A stretch of DNA of 64,000 nt from the human T2T-CHM13v2.0 reference genome, Homo sapiens. Of this stretch, positions 40,830-62,551 are shown in pieces. The notes beneath the pieces were generated by a model that saw only the letters and a list, made by a program, of their open reading frames with translations, ran no database searches and was not told the origin of the DNA. The stretch lies in assembly GCF_009914755.1 (NCBI RefSeq), contig NC_060947.1. The stretch is one strand, 5' to 3'. Numbering within the stretch: position 1 is the stretch's first letter; every line of letters starts with the position of its first letter. A program made the position numbers and the translations under genes.

Positions 40830-41215
40830 TGTCAGAAAGTGGAACAGGTGATGGAGATCCATGTAATCTCAGCATTCTTAAAGTTGAAGAAAATGAAATA
40901 GAATTTGAATAACCTGATTAATGTCATCATTAATTTGGTGGCAGAGTCAGAAGCAACAGCTGAAACAGGGAATATTCATTCACTGAGCCCTTACTTCCTA
41001 TGTGCTGGGTGTGACCCTATGTGTTTCACATGTACTAACTTCTATAGATGACAAAAACCCTGCAAGACAGGTATTATAATTATCCCTATAGTATAAATAA
41101 GGAAACAGAAGCAGAGTAATTTGCCCAAGTTTACATTACATGTGAGTGGAACAGCCAAGTTTCAAACCAGACAGTTTGGTTCTAGATCTTATGCTCTGAA
41201 AAATTACACCATCCT
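40830..41215 (-). mobile_element. Two MIR copies
   Basis: 'aaataaggaaacagaagcagag.taatttgcccaag' core. Confidence 0.7.
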
Positions 41216-41317
41216 GCCAGCTTGTTTTATTTCCCATTTTTGTTTGTGGAGTTGTTGCATTAATTTTTAATCAGAGTTATTGAGATACAATCTGCATACA
41301 ATGAAATACACCATTTT

Positions 41318-43619
41318 GTTAACTTTTAAGTTCAGGGGTACATGTGCAGGATATGCAGGTTTATTACATCGGTAAATGTGTGTCATGGGGATTTGTTGTA
41401 CAGATTATTTCATCACCCAGATATTAGGCCTAGTATCCAGTAGCCATTTTTCCTGTTCCTCTCCCTCCTCCCACCTTCTACCCTCTGATAAGACCCAATG
41501 TATGTCATTCCCTTCTATGTGTCCATGTGTTCTCATCTCTACCACTTATAAGGGAGAACATGCCATATTTGGTTTTCTGTTTCTGCATTAGTTTGCTAAG
41601 GATAATAACCTCCAGCTCATCCATGTCCCTGAAAAGGACATGATCTCATTCTTTTTTTATGGCTGCATAGTATGCCATAGTGTTTATGTACCACATTTTC
41701 TTTATTCAGTCTATCATTGTTGGACATTTAAGTTGATTCCTTGTCTTTGCTATTGTAAATCCTGCTGCAATGAACATACGCATGCCTGTGTCTTTATAAT
41801 AGAACTACTTATATTCTTTTGGGTATATACTCAGTAATGGGATTGCTGGATTGAATGGTATTTCTTTCTTTAGGTCTCTCAGGAATTGCCACACTGTCTT
41901 CCTCAATGGTTGAACTAATTTACATTCCCACCAACAGTGTACAAGTGTTCACTTTTCCCCACAACATCACTAGTATCTGTTATTCTTTGACTTTTTAATA
42001 ATAGCCATTCTGATTAGTGTCAGAGATGGTATCTCACTGTGGTTTTGATTTGCATTTTTCTAATGATCAGTGATGTTGAGTTATTTTTTAATATGATTGT
42101 TGGCTGCATGAATGTCTTCTTTTGAGAAGTGTCTGTTCATGTCCTTTGCCCACTTTTTAATGGGGTTGTTTGCTTTTTCTTGTGAATTAGTTTAAGTCCC
42201 TTATAGATGCTGGATATTAGACCTTTGTCCAATGCATAGTTCACAAATATTTTCCCCCATTCTGTAGCCTGTCTGTTTACTCTGTTGATAGTTTATTTTT
42301 CTGTGTAGAAGCTCTTTAACTATTAGATTCCTTTTGTCAATTTTTGCTTTTGTTGCGATTTCTTTTGGCATTTTCTTCATGAAATCTTTGTCTCTGCCTA
42401 CATCCTGAATGCTATTGCTTTGGTCGTCTTCCAGGGTTTTAATAGTTTTGGGTTTTACATTTAAGTCTAAAGACAAAAACCACATGACTATCCCAACACA
42501 TTCATAAAAGGCTTTCAGTAAAATTCAACATCCCTTTGTCCTAAAAACTCTTAATAAGCTAGGTATTGAAGGAACATACCTCAAAATAATAAGAACCATA
42601 TATGACCAATTCACAGCCAACATCATACTGAATAGGCAAATGCTGGAACTATTCCCCTTGAAAGCTGGCATGAGACAAGGATACCCTCTCTCACCATTCC
42701 TATTCAACATAGTATTGGAGGTTCTGGGTGGGGCAATCGGGCAAGAGAAAGAAATAAAAGGCATTCAAACAGGAAGACAGGAGGTCAAACTGTCCCTATT
42801 TGCAGATGACATGATCCTATATCTAGAAACCCCATTGTCTCAGCCCAAAAGATTCTTAAGCTGATAAGCAACTTCAGCAAAATCTCAGGATACAAAATCA
42901 ATGTGCAAAAATCTCTAGCATTCCTGTACACCAACAATAGTCAAGCTGAGAGCAAAATCACTAATAAATTCTCATTCACAATTGCCACAAAAAGAATAAA
43001 ATACCTAGGAAAACAGCTAACACAGGAAGTGAAAGATTTCTACAAGGAGAACTACAAACCACTGCTCAAAGAAATAAGAAATGACACAAACAAATGGAAA
43101 AATATTCCATGCTCATGGATAAGAAGAATCAATATCATGAAAATGGCCATACTGTCCAAGGCAATTTATAGATTCAATGCTATTCCCATTAAACTACCAT
43201 TGGCATTTTTCACAGAACTAGAGGGAAGTATTTCAAAATTCACGTGGAACCAAAAAAATAGCCCAAATAGCTAAGGCAATCCTAAGCAAAAAGACCAAGG
43301 CTGGAGGCATTGTGTTAACTGTCTTCAAACTATACTACAAGGCTACAGTAACCAAAACAGCATGGTACTGGTACAAGAACAGACACAGACCAATGGAACA
43401 GAGTAGAGAACCCAGAAATAAGACCACAAACTTACAACTATCTGATCTTCAACAAACCTGACAAAAACAAGCATGAGGAAAGGATTCCCTTTTCAATAAA
43501 TGGTCATGAGATAACTGGCTAGCTGTACACAGAAAATGGAAACTGGACCCTTTCCTTTCACCATATACAATAATTAACTCAAGATGTATTAAAAACTTCA
43601 ATGTAAAACCTCAAACTAT
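41318..43619 (-). mobile_element. L1PA13-15-type with 5' inversion (minus 41318-42468, plus 42467-43619)
   Basis: 3'UTR on the minus strand, then ORF2 RT peptides (incl. LFADDM) on the plus strand. Confidence 0.93.
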
Positions 43620-44494
43620 GTAAGCATCAAAATGTGCAATTCAAATAATTTTTACAAATATAATACAGTAGTTGTGTAACTACCACCACAATTAAGACAT
43701 TAAACATTTTTATTACTCCCGCCAAGTTATTTTATGCCTCATCTCAGTCAATCCCCTCACTCCAACCCTGGCCACTGGTAACTGATGATTTGTTATTTGT
43801 GTGTTTGCATTTCTAAGCATTTTATGTAAGCAAAATAATAAATTATATATTTATTTGAGTCTGTCTTCTTTTGATTAATATAATGTTTTCAAGATCCATC
43901 CATGTTGTATCACTAGTACCCTGCCTTTCATTGCTTAGTAGTATACCTTTGTATAGATGAGTCACAATTTTTTTATTCATTCACCAGTTGTTGGACATTT
44001 GGGTTGTTACTAGGTTTTTACTATTATGAATAAAGCTGTTATGAATACTTGTGAAAAATTTTTGCATGAACATGTGTTTCCCTTTCTCTTACAGAAAATA
44101 CCTACAAGTCAGATTGCTGAGTTACTTGATAAGTATAATCTTCACTTTCTAAGACAATGCCAAAGTGTTTTCAAAATAGCTATTCCATTTTGTATTTGCA
44201 GCAAAAACATACAGAAGTTTCTATTGCTGAAAGGTGGTACTTAAATTTTAGCCATTCTGGTGGATATGTAGTGGTATCTACTATGATTTAAATGAGCATT
44301 TTATTAATGATCAGTTACATTGAGCATCTTTTCATGTACTAATTGAAATTTTGTATCTTTTGTTTTATGAGATACCTGTTGAAATTTTTATTCACTTTTG
44401 AATCAGGATGCTTGTCTTTTAATTACTGAGTACTTTTGAAAACAAATCAATTTGAGGAAAACTATTTTCAAGTTTTGTTTTTTTTTTTTTCTGA

Positions 44495-44799
<305 letters not shown>

Positions 44800-45970
44800 T
44801 CTAAGTAGGTTTTTAATAGATGCCCACTATCAATTTGAGGAAGTTCTCTTCTACTGTACTTTGCAGAATTTTTTTAAATCATCAATCATTGTTATACTTC
44901 TGTAAATTTTTTCTGTATCTACTTAGAAAATCGTATATTTTACTTACATACTGTCAGTATGTCAAAACCCTTTGATTTTCAAATGTTAAACCAACATTGA
45001 ATTTCTAATATACACCTCACTTCATCATGATTTATTATTACTTTTTTATCTTCCTGGACTCACTAGATTTTTGCATAAATATTCATGAGGCAAATTGATT
45101 TTGGGGTTAGTTTTTTTTTCCTTTAATATATTTGTCTTGTTCTGGGATCAGAGAAATGCTTTCTTCATAAAGTGAGTAAAGAAGGCTTTGCTTATGTTCT
45201 ATTTTCTAGAATTTGTGCAGAATTGGTATTACTTTTATCTTAAATGTTCAGTAGAATTTACCAGTGAAGCTATCTGGGTCTGGAGTTTGCTTTTTAGAGT
45301 TTACTATGAATCCAATATTTGAATATATGACGTCCTTTTCAAATCACCTATTTCTTCTTGAGTGAGCTTTGGTAGATGTGTCTTTAAGGAATTTATCCAT
45401 TTCAGTCATGTTTACAAGTCTACAGACATGAAGTTGTTTATAATATCCTCTTTTCATTCTTTTAATGACTACAGTAACTGGAGTGATCATCTCTCTTTAT
45501 TGTTGACACTAGTAATTTTGTCTTCTCTTTTTATTTGGGTCAATTTAGCATGATACTTTTATCAATTTATAAATGTTTTCAAATATCATATTTTGTTTTC
45601 ATTAATCTTTTTGTATCATATGTGAATTTTCTGTTTTGTTTGTTTCAGCTTCTCCTTTTATCATTCTTTTCTTCACCTTATTTTCATTTTATATTGCTCA
45701 TCTTTCCCAGGCTTTTAAGGTGGAAACCTAGATCACTGAATCAAGACCTTTTTTTCTAATATAAATATTTAAAACTATAATTTCCCTCTAAGCATGTCTT
45801 TCACTGTAACCCCCAAATTTCAATATGTGGTGTATTCACCTTAATCTTTTCAAAATATCATTTCATTTTTATTGGGATTTATTCTTTCACAAATGGGTAA
45901 TTTAGAACTGTAGCATTTAATTTCTAATTATTTGTGGATTTCCTATGTATCTTTCTGTTACTGATTTTTT

Positions 45971-52040
<6,070 letters not shown>

Positions 52041-52289
52041 TTCTCTAACTTTCCAGCAGCTTAGACTGGGATGACAGTTTCCATAATAATTAATCTACTC
52101 ATCAGATAATTCTAGTGACAATGTTCCATATGTTATGTTGTAAACTATGTTTATTTTAATTCCTTACTTACTGTGTCACCTTGAAAAGAATGCTAAACTT
52201 TAATAAGCCATTTCTGGGACTAGCCACTGGAATAGCGGGGAAGTTCATCCTTATTAAACTGTATAGAATTTTGTTAATATTTGAAGTTC

Positions 52290-52480
52290 CCAATAAAATC
52301 TTGAGTCTAAATCCCGGGTCTTCAGCAAGTTAATAATGATATTTAATCTTAAGTTTCTCATTTTTGAAATAGACATAAAAATAATGCTTACTTTATGAAA
52401 CTATTGTGAAAAATAAGATAATGTATATAGAGAACTTAGCTCAATGCCTAGAATGTTTGGTGCTCAATAAAGAATAGCTT
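52290..52480 (+). mobile_element. MIR
   Basis: 'agtttctcatttttgaaat...cttagc.caatgcct...gtgctcaataaa'. Confidence 0.75.
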
Positions 52481-52659
52481 TAGTTTCTATTTATGTAATT
52501 TAATGAAATGGATACATAGTAACTTAGTATGTAAAGAGAATATTATAAGAAGAAACATTAAAGTTTATTATACTGATGCATAATTTTTGATTATGTTATT
52601 TCTTATAGTGTGCAACCTAACAATGAGCAAGTCTATTGTTTTATTCCCATGAGGATGCC

Positions 52660-52775
52660 TTTCAACAAACATTTATTAAAAACTTACTATATATGAAACA
52701 CACTAGTAGGCACATGGGATAGGAAAATATTGATGATAAACAGTCCATGACATTAAGTACCTTACAATCTAACAG
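52660..52775 (-). mobile_element. L2 3' end
   Basis: 'ttcaacaaacatttatt..cttactat'. Confidence 0.65.
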
Positions 52776-54502
52776 TCAACCCTACAATAAAAGTCCTCCT
52801 TCATTGACACGAGCATATAACTACCTTAAACTAGTCTGGAATAAGATCTCTAATATAATTATTCTTTAAAATATTTAAAATTGTATGCTGTTTTTATTTT
52901 CACCTGAATTGTTATTTCTCCTTTTCTACTATCTTTGGATTTGTTTCTCTCCGGGACTATTGTGACATCCAAAAAGAGGGCTCTATCCTTCCTACCTATG
53001 CATCTTTGTGCATACCCAAACTGCCCCTTGCCTCATAGCATAGTTTGCCCCTCCCCATCATATAGTGAATATATATTTTACTATAATTTTTAAGAATCTC
53101 TGTTCTTTTCATTTGAATTCCTAAATTAAGTTTGTTGCCAATTCCTCCCAAAATTCATTAAAGAAAAATATCTGAGGAACTCTGTGACAGTTCAAATAGC
53201 ATATGGTATAGTGACCTAGCTTTTGATAATAACCCACCCTTATGAGGTAGTACTTAAAACCCATGATGGAGGGAGAAGAGCTAAACAGGCACCATGTATC
53301 TACAGAACAGAAACATGAGCCACTAAACACTAAAGTTGAAGACAAAACACATGTGAAAGCAAATACGATTAGCACATTATGCTTCTAGTTGACCAAGAAC
53401 CAATTCCCCACAGAAACTTCTTACAAAAGTTAGAGAGTGCTTTGTCCGTGTGCTGATTTCCTGTGTCATGCTTTCAAGTCTCATCCACACTCATTCCCAG
53501 TTCCCTGAGATTTGCAAGTTGTCACAGAGCCATTCCTATGTCTTAACATGTAACAGTATTAATGCATTTGTGTGATGTATTTGTGTGTTTTTCTATGTCT
53601 GAAAGGACTTGTTGACCATAACATAACACATATTGGGAACTAATATGGTGCTTCTGATGTTTAATCACATTTTGACTGCAATTACATATTTGCTCCTGCT
53701 TTTACTGAATTTGGTCTGTCTTTGCCATGCTTTCCTGTACATGGAGCCTGCTCATGAGGCATAGTTCTTCAGTTTTATTCCTTATGACCTAGTGTTCAGT
53801 GTAATCCTGAAAATTCCACCCTCTGTGACTCCTCACAACATATTCTGACTTCTACAAAGACCTCCTGGATACCTTGCATGTTATACACCTTTGGCCTTTA
53901 TGAATTCGAAATTGCACTGATGCTGTTCTTATAACAGTATCCTTCTCTGTGTGTTATTTTACCACAGATTTATTCTTTGTAGTCCTGGCTTGCAAGATCT
54001 TGCATGTCCCTTTCCTCCTAGTTAAATTATTTGTCTATACATTGCCATAAGAAGACATGCATAGCATTGAAGATCACCTGCCAGTTATAAAATAAAATCC
54101 TGACATTCAGTGTAATTATAACATGATTTATTTATGGTTGCAAGTTATTGTCTTCTACTAGCACTATAATGCTATCACTATACTACTTCTATCATAGTGT
54201 GCTCAAAACTGAATGATTGTTTTGAACATGTCCATAGACTTCCTTGTCTCTGCTTTCCTTTACTTCAAATGCCCAACCCAGACATCTCTCCGTTTACAAA
54301 AATGAACCTCATTTATTTCAGTTTTTCTGTCTCCCTATTCTGGTCCAGGGCACACTATGGTTTTTAAAATCATGAAGACATATATTATTCAAGAAATTAA
54401 GGTACAAAGACTGAAACAAAAATAGAATTTCATAGTGTCCTGTATTCCATTTTTAGCATCACTGCCTATAAACACCGAGATATTTCTCATAGAGTGTACC
54501 AG

Positions 54503-55095
54503 TGAAACCATCCTCACAGGGTTAACAAGAATTCTGGACAGAAACATAGTTATAATTAAGCATTAATCAGGCTACACTTTGACCCACTTTCTTGTTGCTA
54601 AAAGTTGCATAGCACTAGATAATGACCATTTGCATCCTTATTGTTCCTATAGATAAGATTTCTGACATTAGGAGTATAAGAGTGTTTAAGAAGTAATTTG
54701 CATTCCCATTGTTTCTATAGACAGGATCTCTGACATTAGAATCATAAGGCTTTTGTTTAAGAATTGCTTAAGATTTTATTCAGATCCTGAAACATTTGAT
54801 GCCAACCAGTTTGAAGATCCTCACCAAAGAACAGAATCAGCATAAGTATAATTTCTTTATCTCCCTGTTTCATGACTTTGCCCTGCACTCTTCAACCAGT
54901 CAAGGATTTCCACATTTTGGCCCACTCCAAAACTCTAATAACCCCAGCTCCAAACTCTTCAAGAAAATGGCTTTGTGGGTTCCTCCCATTTATTCGTTCA
55001 GTGGTCCTAAAATAAACCTCTTTCTCTGTGGCAACCCAGTGTCTCAGAGCATTGATGTGCTGCAGGCATCAGGCAACGGACCTGTTATAGTTACA
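54503..55095 (+). mobile_element. ERV1 solo LTR (LTR26/LOR1-like)
   Basis: tgaaacc...ttaca with 4-bp TSD CCAG; AATAAA near 55010. Confidence 0.88.
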
Positions 55096-55486
55096 CCAGC
55101 TTTTACCTAAAGAAGGAATTCTTATGTTTTCCAGACAATCTTGAATCCCTGACATGTCATTGCTCAGTCACTTATAAGTGTCATGACATTAAATGAAGTA
55201 TTCTGCTTTACAGCATACACTGTCCCTAGAAAGATGTATTTGAGGGATAATCACTGTATTACTTTGCCTGGGACAAAAATTTGGGGCCAATATATGAAAC
55301 AAGAGGGCACATCTCTCCCACATCTATTTTTGGAGACACATAACTTAAAAGAACAACCAAATGGAATTCTTAAACAAGAAACTTTTTAAACCAGAAGATT
55401 TATTATTATCATTCATTTTCCCTTAGAGAAGATATGCAATATGTCTTCTGAGGAAAGGGCTCTGTGATTTGTCCTACTTTGCTTAT

Positions 55487-56249
<763 letters not shown>

Positions 56250-56959
56250 TTAACATTCAGAACATGTTTTCAGGAAAAGGGAAAAAATTTAACATACTAT
56301 TGGGTATAGGTTTTAGGATTCATTTGGGACTTTCTGCAGGATTGCTTATGACACCTTTCATTTAGATCGTGGTTAAGTGCCATGTTCTTCTCAAAGCTCT
56401 TCCGATTACTTAATAGAGAAGTGATATCACCCTTATTTCAACTCGTATCAAAAGGGTTCTTGTAGTACATGACATTCTGTAATGTTCACTCCTTGAGGAC
56501 AAAACCTGTTGCTTATTTCATTGTAATTCCAATATCAACCAAAACAATGATTTAAACATATTAAGTACTTAAAATTGTGACTTTGGAGTTACAAAATCCT
56601 GACTCTGAAACCTGACTGTATTATTTATTATCAGGGTACCTATTGTTTCCTCCCCCAGCAAGTATTAATGAAGCATCATGCAATGTCAAACTAAAAAGAT
56701 TAAATGATCTTAAATTAATAAACTACCTTTATACATTAAGAACCTACAAAAAGAAGAACAAGCTAATTTTTAGTATTGTGAGAGTACAGTTGGTACAAAC
56801 AGAAACCCATGTCTTCAATTCTGATGTGCTAGAGCTGGGTACCAGCCTCTAAGAACACAAAGAAGTTTATTGAATCATGAAACACTTTCACCTTCTTTTG
56901 TGTCAGACTCTCATTCATCCTTCAATTCTTTGATAAGTAGCTCTTTCTTCCTAAAAGCC

Positions 56960-57410
56960 TCCTGTGTTGGTTATTCTTTTTGCTGTGTACTAATCCGTAA
57001 CCCCACCCCACCTTGGCCAATTCTCCATCCTTCTGCCCTGCTCTGGGTCCTGGTTAGCTGACCCACCAAGATTGAATAACCTGGGCTCCCTTGCCTCAAG
57101 GGTTTGGCCAATGAAATAAAGTCAGATGAAAAAGGGAACAGGATGTTTCCTCTCAAGCTCCCTCCCTGCTCTGGGTAATATCTAGTGAACACCTTCTAAC
57201 TCAAATTTTTACTACAATTAGTAACACTGTTTTCCCTCTTTTTCCCTTCAGACACAAGGGTGGGGGTAAGAGTCTCCTGTTCTCTATAGATAGTACCTGC
57301 AGTATTTATTGATTCCCTTAATCCCACCTACATCTCTGTAAATGATCCCTTTCTTCAAGGTTTTTATGCCACCTGAGTTGTATTTTATTTCTTACTAAGA
57401 TTTTGACGGT
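56960..57410 (+). mobile_element. LTR33-like ERVL LTR
   Basis: 'ggctcccttgcc..gggtttggccaatg'; similar to 14875-15375; strand uncertain. Confidence 0.6.
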
Positions 57411-57419
57411 ACACCTTCT

Positions 57420-57660
57420 CTAAGTTTTTAGATTAGGTTAGTTGCTCCCACTGTGAACTTACATCTCACCCTGTACTTCTACATTACAGCATTTATGATA
57501 CATTACTGCAATTATTTATTTAAACTCTTGATCTTTTCTTCCAGACTTTGTGAAGAAAGGTATGCATTCTATATTATGCACTATTTTGTTAGCCAGTTCT
57601 CCTCACAAAGTTTAGCATCAGCAAGTAGTAATTGAGCGTTAACAAATGAGTAATTAGTAG
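57420..57660 (+). mobile_element. L2 3' fragment
   Basis: Degenerate L2 terminus 'ccagactttgtga..gg...ttagca...taacaaatgagtaa'. Confidence 0.5.
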
Positions 57661-59489
57661 GTGGGATAATTATTTCTCTTCAAAATATTTCATAACATAA
57701 TAAAGATAAGCTCTGAAGGATGACAATATTTCATCAAAAATAGCTCTATGACAGATCATCAAAGAAAGACTCATGACCCAATTCTTTATACATGATGCCA
57801 GAGAATCAGTTCCTTTCTGTCCTGGTTTAGACTCTGGACTGCAAGATAACTCAGGTCTTTTAGATCTTTCAAAATATTTATAAACCAAAAAACTATTCCC
57901 TTGCGTAAAATATTTCCAGCCCTGTTAGAGTTGGAGAGCTGACATTGATAAAACACTGGGCAAGTTAATGAGTATTATGGTTAGGTGTCTACCGGTGTGC
58001 AGACCTGTGTGAGGCTCTGTGGCATGATATAGTATGGACTACTAATGTTGTTGTCTGTGTTTGACTCGTATGCTACTATAAGCCTTATATTATAGGCATG
58101 AATCATTTTCCCTGGAAGCCTTCTTTAGGAGCCCTCCTGAGTTCCCACTACCTCTTAATTTGTAGATGAGGAAAATGTAAGGCATTTCAGAAACCACTTT
58201 TGAAAGTCAGGAATATTTTGCCTTTTCAATGGAATATTCTGTTCTGCCTTCTGTAATAAAGCTGCATCTTATTTGTCTTTCAGGGCATGGGATGGTGTTT
58301 GGCACCATAGTAAAAACAGGATAAATTCATAAAATAAATAAAGAAAAAGTTAAGCAGTAAATACCAGACTTGCCTAACTCAGTCCCCAGAAGCATATACT
58401 TCTTTACAGAGAGAGAAACTAAATGGACATGAAGAAAGGAGCATCGAAATGATGAAGCATATTCCCTGGGAGATAATATATGTCATTCTAAAATACAGAG
58501 GTATGTGCAAACCCTCCAGCTGCAGACACACTGCTCTTTGAAATTATACATTGCATGGATTTGAACAACAATACTTAAAAATGAATGTAGAAATGGCAAG
58601 AGCAGCAAAACATAGTTGCTGAACTTTAAGAAGCAGAATATTTATATGAGAAAGACTAAAGCTTCTGCTATCAGTATATCAGTTCTGAAATTCAGAGAAA
58701 GTAGTCTTACACAAAGAAGGGTTAGAGGTAGAATTTGGACACTTTTGTTAACAAAAAGGGGGATGCAAAATCAAGGCAATGAAGTAAGAAGATCCATAAT
58801 AAATTTGGTTTTGAGTTACTTTAGTCACTTTCAGTAACCACATCCATGATGCATTTATTTGCAAATTCCTATAAATCTATAAGTGCATTAAGTGATGTTG
58901 ATCATCAAAATATAGCTCAATCTATTCCTTTACTTGCATACCTTTACTCTAATCCCCTTTTGTTGTCTTCATAAAATCATAAGTAATAAGTCATGTTAGG
59001 GATTATTAAGTAGAAAGACATGAAATAGGTGTATGAAGCCAAAATAAAAATCATGATATTGATTTTCTAACTTCACAAACTAGGCAACTATAACTTAAAA
59101 AATTAATGCCCTACAGATAATTAGTTATCATCCCCATATGGATGATTACTCCCTTTCAGGATGACCAGTGATTTGAGGAAAGCCTGGGGAAAGTGTTGGT
59201 GATGGTCAAGTCCTTCTTTTTACACTTCCTGTTCTGTAAAAACTAAAATACATTTACTCAATACTTTTTTCTTGTCTCAAAGACCTCCTGAATATTTTCC
59301 AGATACAAAAATTCCTTCTTCCTTCATTGATTCCATGGCAGTGAAGTAATGATTTTTCTTCCCAATAGCGTACGCTTCTGAAAAGCAGTAATGATGAACA
59401 CTTCCCACTATTAGTGGAATTTGTTTATTGAGTAGTGTAGGCCCTGATATCGACTTTTAGAATTTCAGTTCTCTGTTTCATCATAAGCA

Positions 59490-60010
59490 AATTCCACATG
59501 CATTTTATTAAACACCCACTTTCTTCACATTCGACTGACTAATACAATGTACAGATATTGTGTAAACCTCTCTAGTGCTGGAGAAATGCTATTTTATGGA
59601 AGTGGTAACTTGATATGAAATAGTAATTTCATCCTTAAAGAATGTAAAGCCTCTCCACTGTTCAAACAAGGCTGTGGTGAGATGGACAAACATACAGGAA
59701 TAGAAAAGCTTATCAGAGTCTCAGCAGAATCTTAAAAACATCTCAGCCAAAAACATTGCTGGAGTGAAAGGAAAGCAGAAGTACAGGGACTAGAATGAGA
59801 TCATAGTGGGTAAGGGTAGAAATTCACTTTCTTGGGGAAGTGAAATTCACTTTGTGGGAAGAGGTAAAATCTGCCTGAGAAGTTAAAAAAATGTGATTTG
59901 AGTTAAGCTTTGTAGAAAGTGATTCTAAAATAGCTGTTACATGGGATATCCACTAGAAGCAAGGAGACTAAGTTGGAAGCTATTACCAAGACTAAGGAAA
60001 GATTTGTTAT
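59490..60010 (-). mobile_element. L2 fragments
   Basis: 'cattttattaaacacccact' and 'gaagcaaggagac.aagttggaagctatt'. Confidence 0.5.
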
Positions 60011-61094
60011 CATGAGCCAAATATTAATATGTGGTCAAAATCCAAAGAATCTACCCAGGAAGGGAGAAGTCAATGATTGCCAGAGGTCCTGGGGTTCAGC
60101 CCTGGAGGAGGGAGATTCACTGCACAGGTAATTAGCGTAGATGTTCAAGTACTGAAGTTTCTAGCAGGCAGTGGAGGACCTGCCTGGCTCGAGTAAAAAG
60201 AAATGACTAAGAAATGACTAAGTTATAACAATGCTAGTGAGGAATCTATTTTCAAGGTCTTATTTCATTGAATACTAACACTCAACACATCATACAAAGA
60301 TGACAGCCAATAAATGTTGTTGATGAGCATGACTAAGTTAAAGTTCAAAAGTTTCCATTTTTAGATTGAGAGTGTCAAAAATAAGAATGATAAAAGAACT
60401 TAAAAAAATTAGAAAACTTCATATGGAAGAAAGGAAAAAAATGTTACCTTGGAATAAGTAAATTTTATGTTTCAGTATTTCCAAAGAATGGCATAATTTA
60501 TATCATAGAGGTTTTTTTAAATTCTCAAATTATCCTGATTAGTCAGATTTGGACTTCTGATTGAGAAAAATAAGGCTTCTTAGAAATAAACTAAACCTAA
60601 GGTGAGCCATAAAAATTAGATTACTATTACTCTTACACATACAATAAAATAGTGATACTGAAATTACTATTAGCCAAAGAGAAAGTAGGTAGGGTATGAC
60701 AGAAATGTAATGGGGCTAGAGAGAGTAAATGAAAGTATTAAACCAAGTCCTAACAGGATAACAAGAGCAGTTATGTTTCTTGGAATTTTACTAATAATTT
60801 TTGGAAGAAATATTTCCAGTGTTAACTGTTCATTTTAGGATTATATAATCTTCTTCCATTACCTTAAAGTTTTGTCAAAGTCTGCTACAAGCAGGAGCCT
60901 TTTTTAAATAGCACTTTGGAGGAATGAAAGGAAATTGATGATGTCCAGCATGGGATAAACTAGGTCAAGAAGAAAAGAGCAATTGGAAAAACAGTTGAAA
61001 ATGCTGCAGAAACAATACATAGAAGCAAGAGAGACCAAAAGAAGTATGGTTATCTGCAAGGGAACCCTTGGAGATGTTAGGGATGCATGGCATA

Positions 61095-61620
61095 AAGCTG
61101 ATTCACTGTGCACCGGCTACCAACCTGTGTGAGTCTGGTGAGAGAGAATATACTCACAACAAGTTACATGAAGTGGATTTATTACTTACAGATAGGCATC
61201 AAGAGACAGAAGAAATTTTGGATCCATTGTGAGCTGGTACCCCAAGGCTCAAGAAAGCTGCCAGGGGAGGATGGTCTTTAGTGTGCATGTTCTGTTTGCA
61301 CCATGGCTGAGGGACCTGAAAAAACAGTCCACCATGGGTTATATACCTTTGGGATAACATAACTTACTTGGCAATGATTTGAAGGACACTCTGCTTCAAG
61401 GGGACAGAGAAGCAAAGCCTAGGCTGTCCCTGGAATTTCCTTTCTACCTCAAGAAATTACATTCCCTAGGAGGGACACAAACAAGGCGTAGGCTGTTTTG
61501 GGCAGTTCTCCCTATTTCATGGTATTGAACTCTCAGCACATTCTACAGTTATTCTTGAGAACTGCAGGCATTAAGAGGAGAAATGGGTCAGTCTAAGGCC
61601 ACCCAGAAAATGGTCCTGCA
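61095..61620 (-). mobile_element. MER70-like ERVL solo LTR
   Basis: Homologous to 17903-18500; ends 'ggtcctgca'. Confidence 0.78.
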
Positions 61621-62077
61621 CATGTGACTTCCCTCAGTAACTGGGTTGAGGACTTGAGCCATTGTGTTTGGCTATGAAAGGAAAGCATGAAGGTGACCAT
61701 ATCAAGCTTGAGACTTTGGAGGATACAGCAGACACTTGGTGTACACTTAGATCTGCATTATACAGAAAGAAAATAATTCAAAATTTCTCTTTTAACCAAG
61801 TGAAAATAGACACAGAAGAGTCAAGAGTTTTCTGAATTCACTAAGCTGATGCTAGAGTCAGGTCTCCAAATGCTTATTTTATGGTATTTTCTGCTATAAA
61901 ATTCTCATTCTATATCTAAAAGAAAATTTAGAAAACATGCATCAATTTTATGATAATTTCTAAAATAAGTAAACCCTGATTATTATTTTAATTTATCCAA
62001 ATGTTTATTCCATTACTCATTCTGACTCTCAGTGACTTTTTTCCACATGTGGCCGTGTGTAAAGCTTAAAAAAACAA

Positions 62078-62551
62078 GCCACATTTTCTTAATCCAGTCT
62101 ATCGTTGTTGGACATTTAGGTTGGTTCCAAGTCTTTGCTATTGTGGATAGTGCCGACATATACACCATGGAATACTATGCAGCCATAAAGAAGGATGAGT
62201 TCATGTCCTTTGTAGGGACATGGATGAAACTAGAAACCATCATTCTCAGCAAAGCATCGCAAGGACAAAAAACCAAACACCGCATGTTCTCACTCATAGG
62301 TGGGAATTGAACAATGAGAACACATGGACACAGGAAGGGGAACATCACACACCGGGGACTGTTGTGGGGTGGGGGGCGGGGGGAGGGATAGCATTAGGAG
62401 ATATACCTAATGCTAAACGACGAGTTAATGGGTGCAGCACACCAACATAGCACATGTATACATATGTAACAAACCTGCATGTTGTGCACATGTACCCTAA
62501 AACTTAAAGTATAATAATAATAAAATTAAAAAAAAAAACAAAAAAAAAAAC
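62078..62551 (+). mobile_element. Short L1PA (PA3-5-type) with a 78-bp 5' inversion and TSD
   Basis: Inverted arm 62078-62155; sense arm from 62156 to the tail; TSD aaaacaagc; TT/AAAA endonuclease site at 62066-62071. Confidence 0.95.

Noticed and set aside
59820-60225. Small palindrome (aagtgaaattcactt) and 11-bp tandem duplication (aagaaatgact x2)
   Set aside because: Short enough to be ordinary slippage or chance
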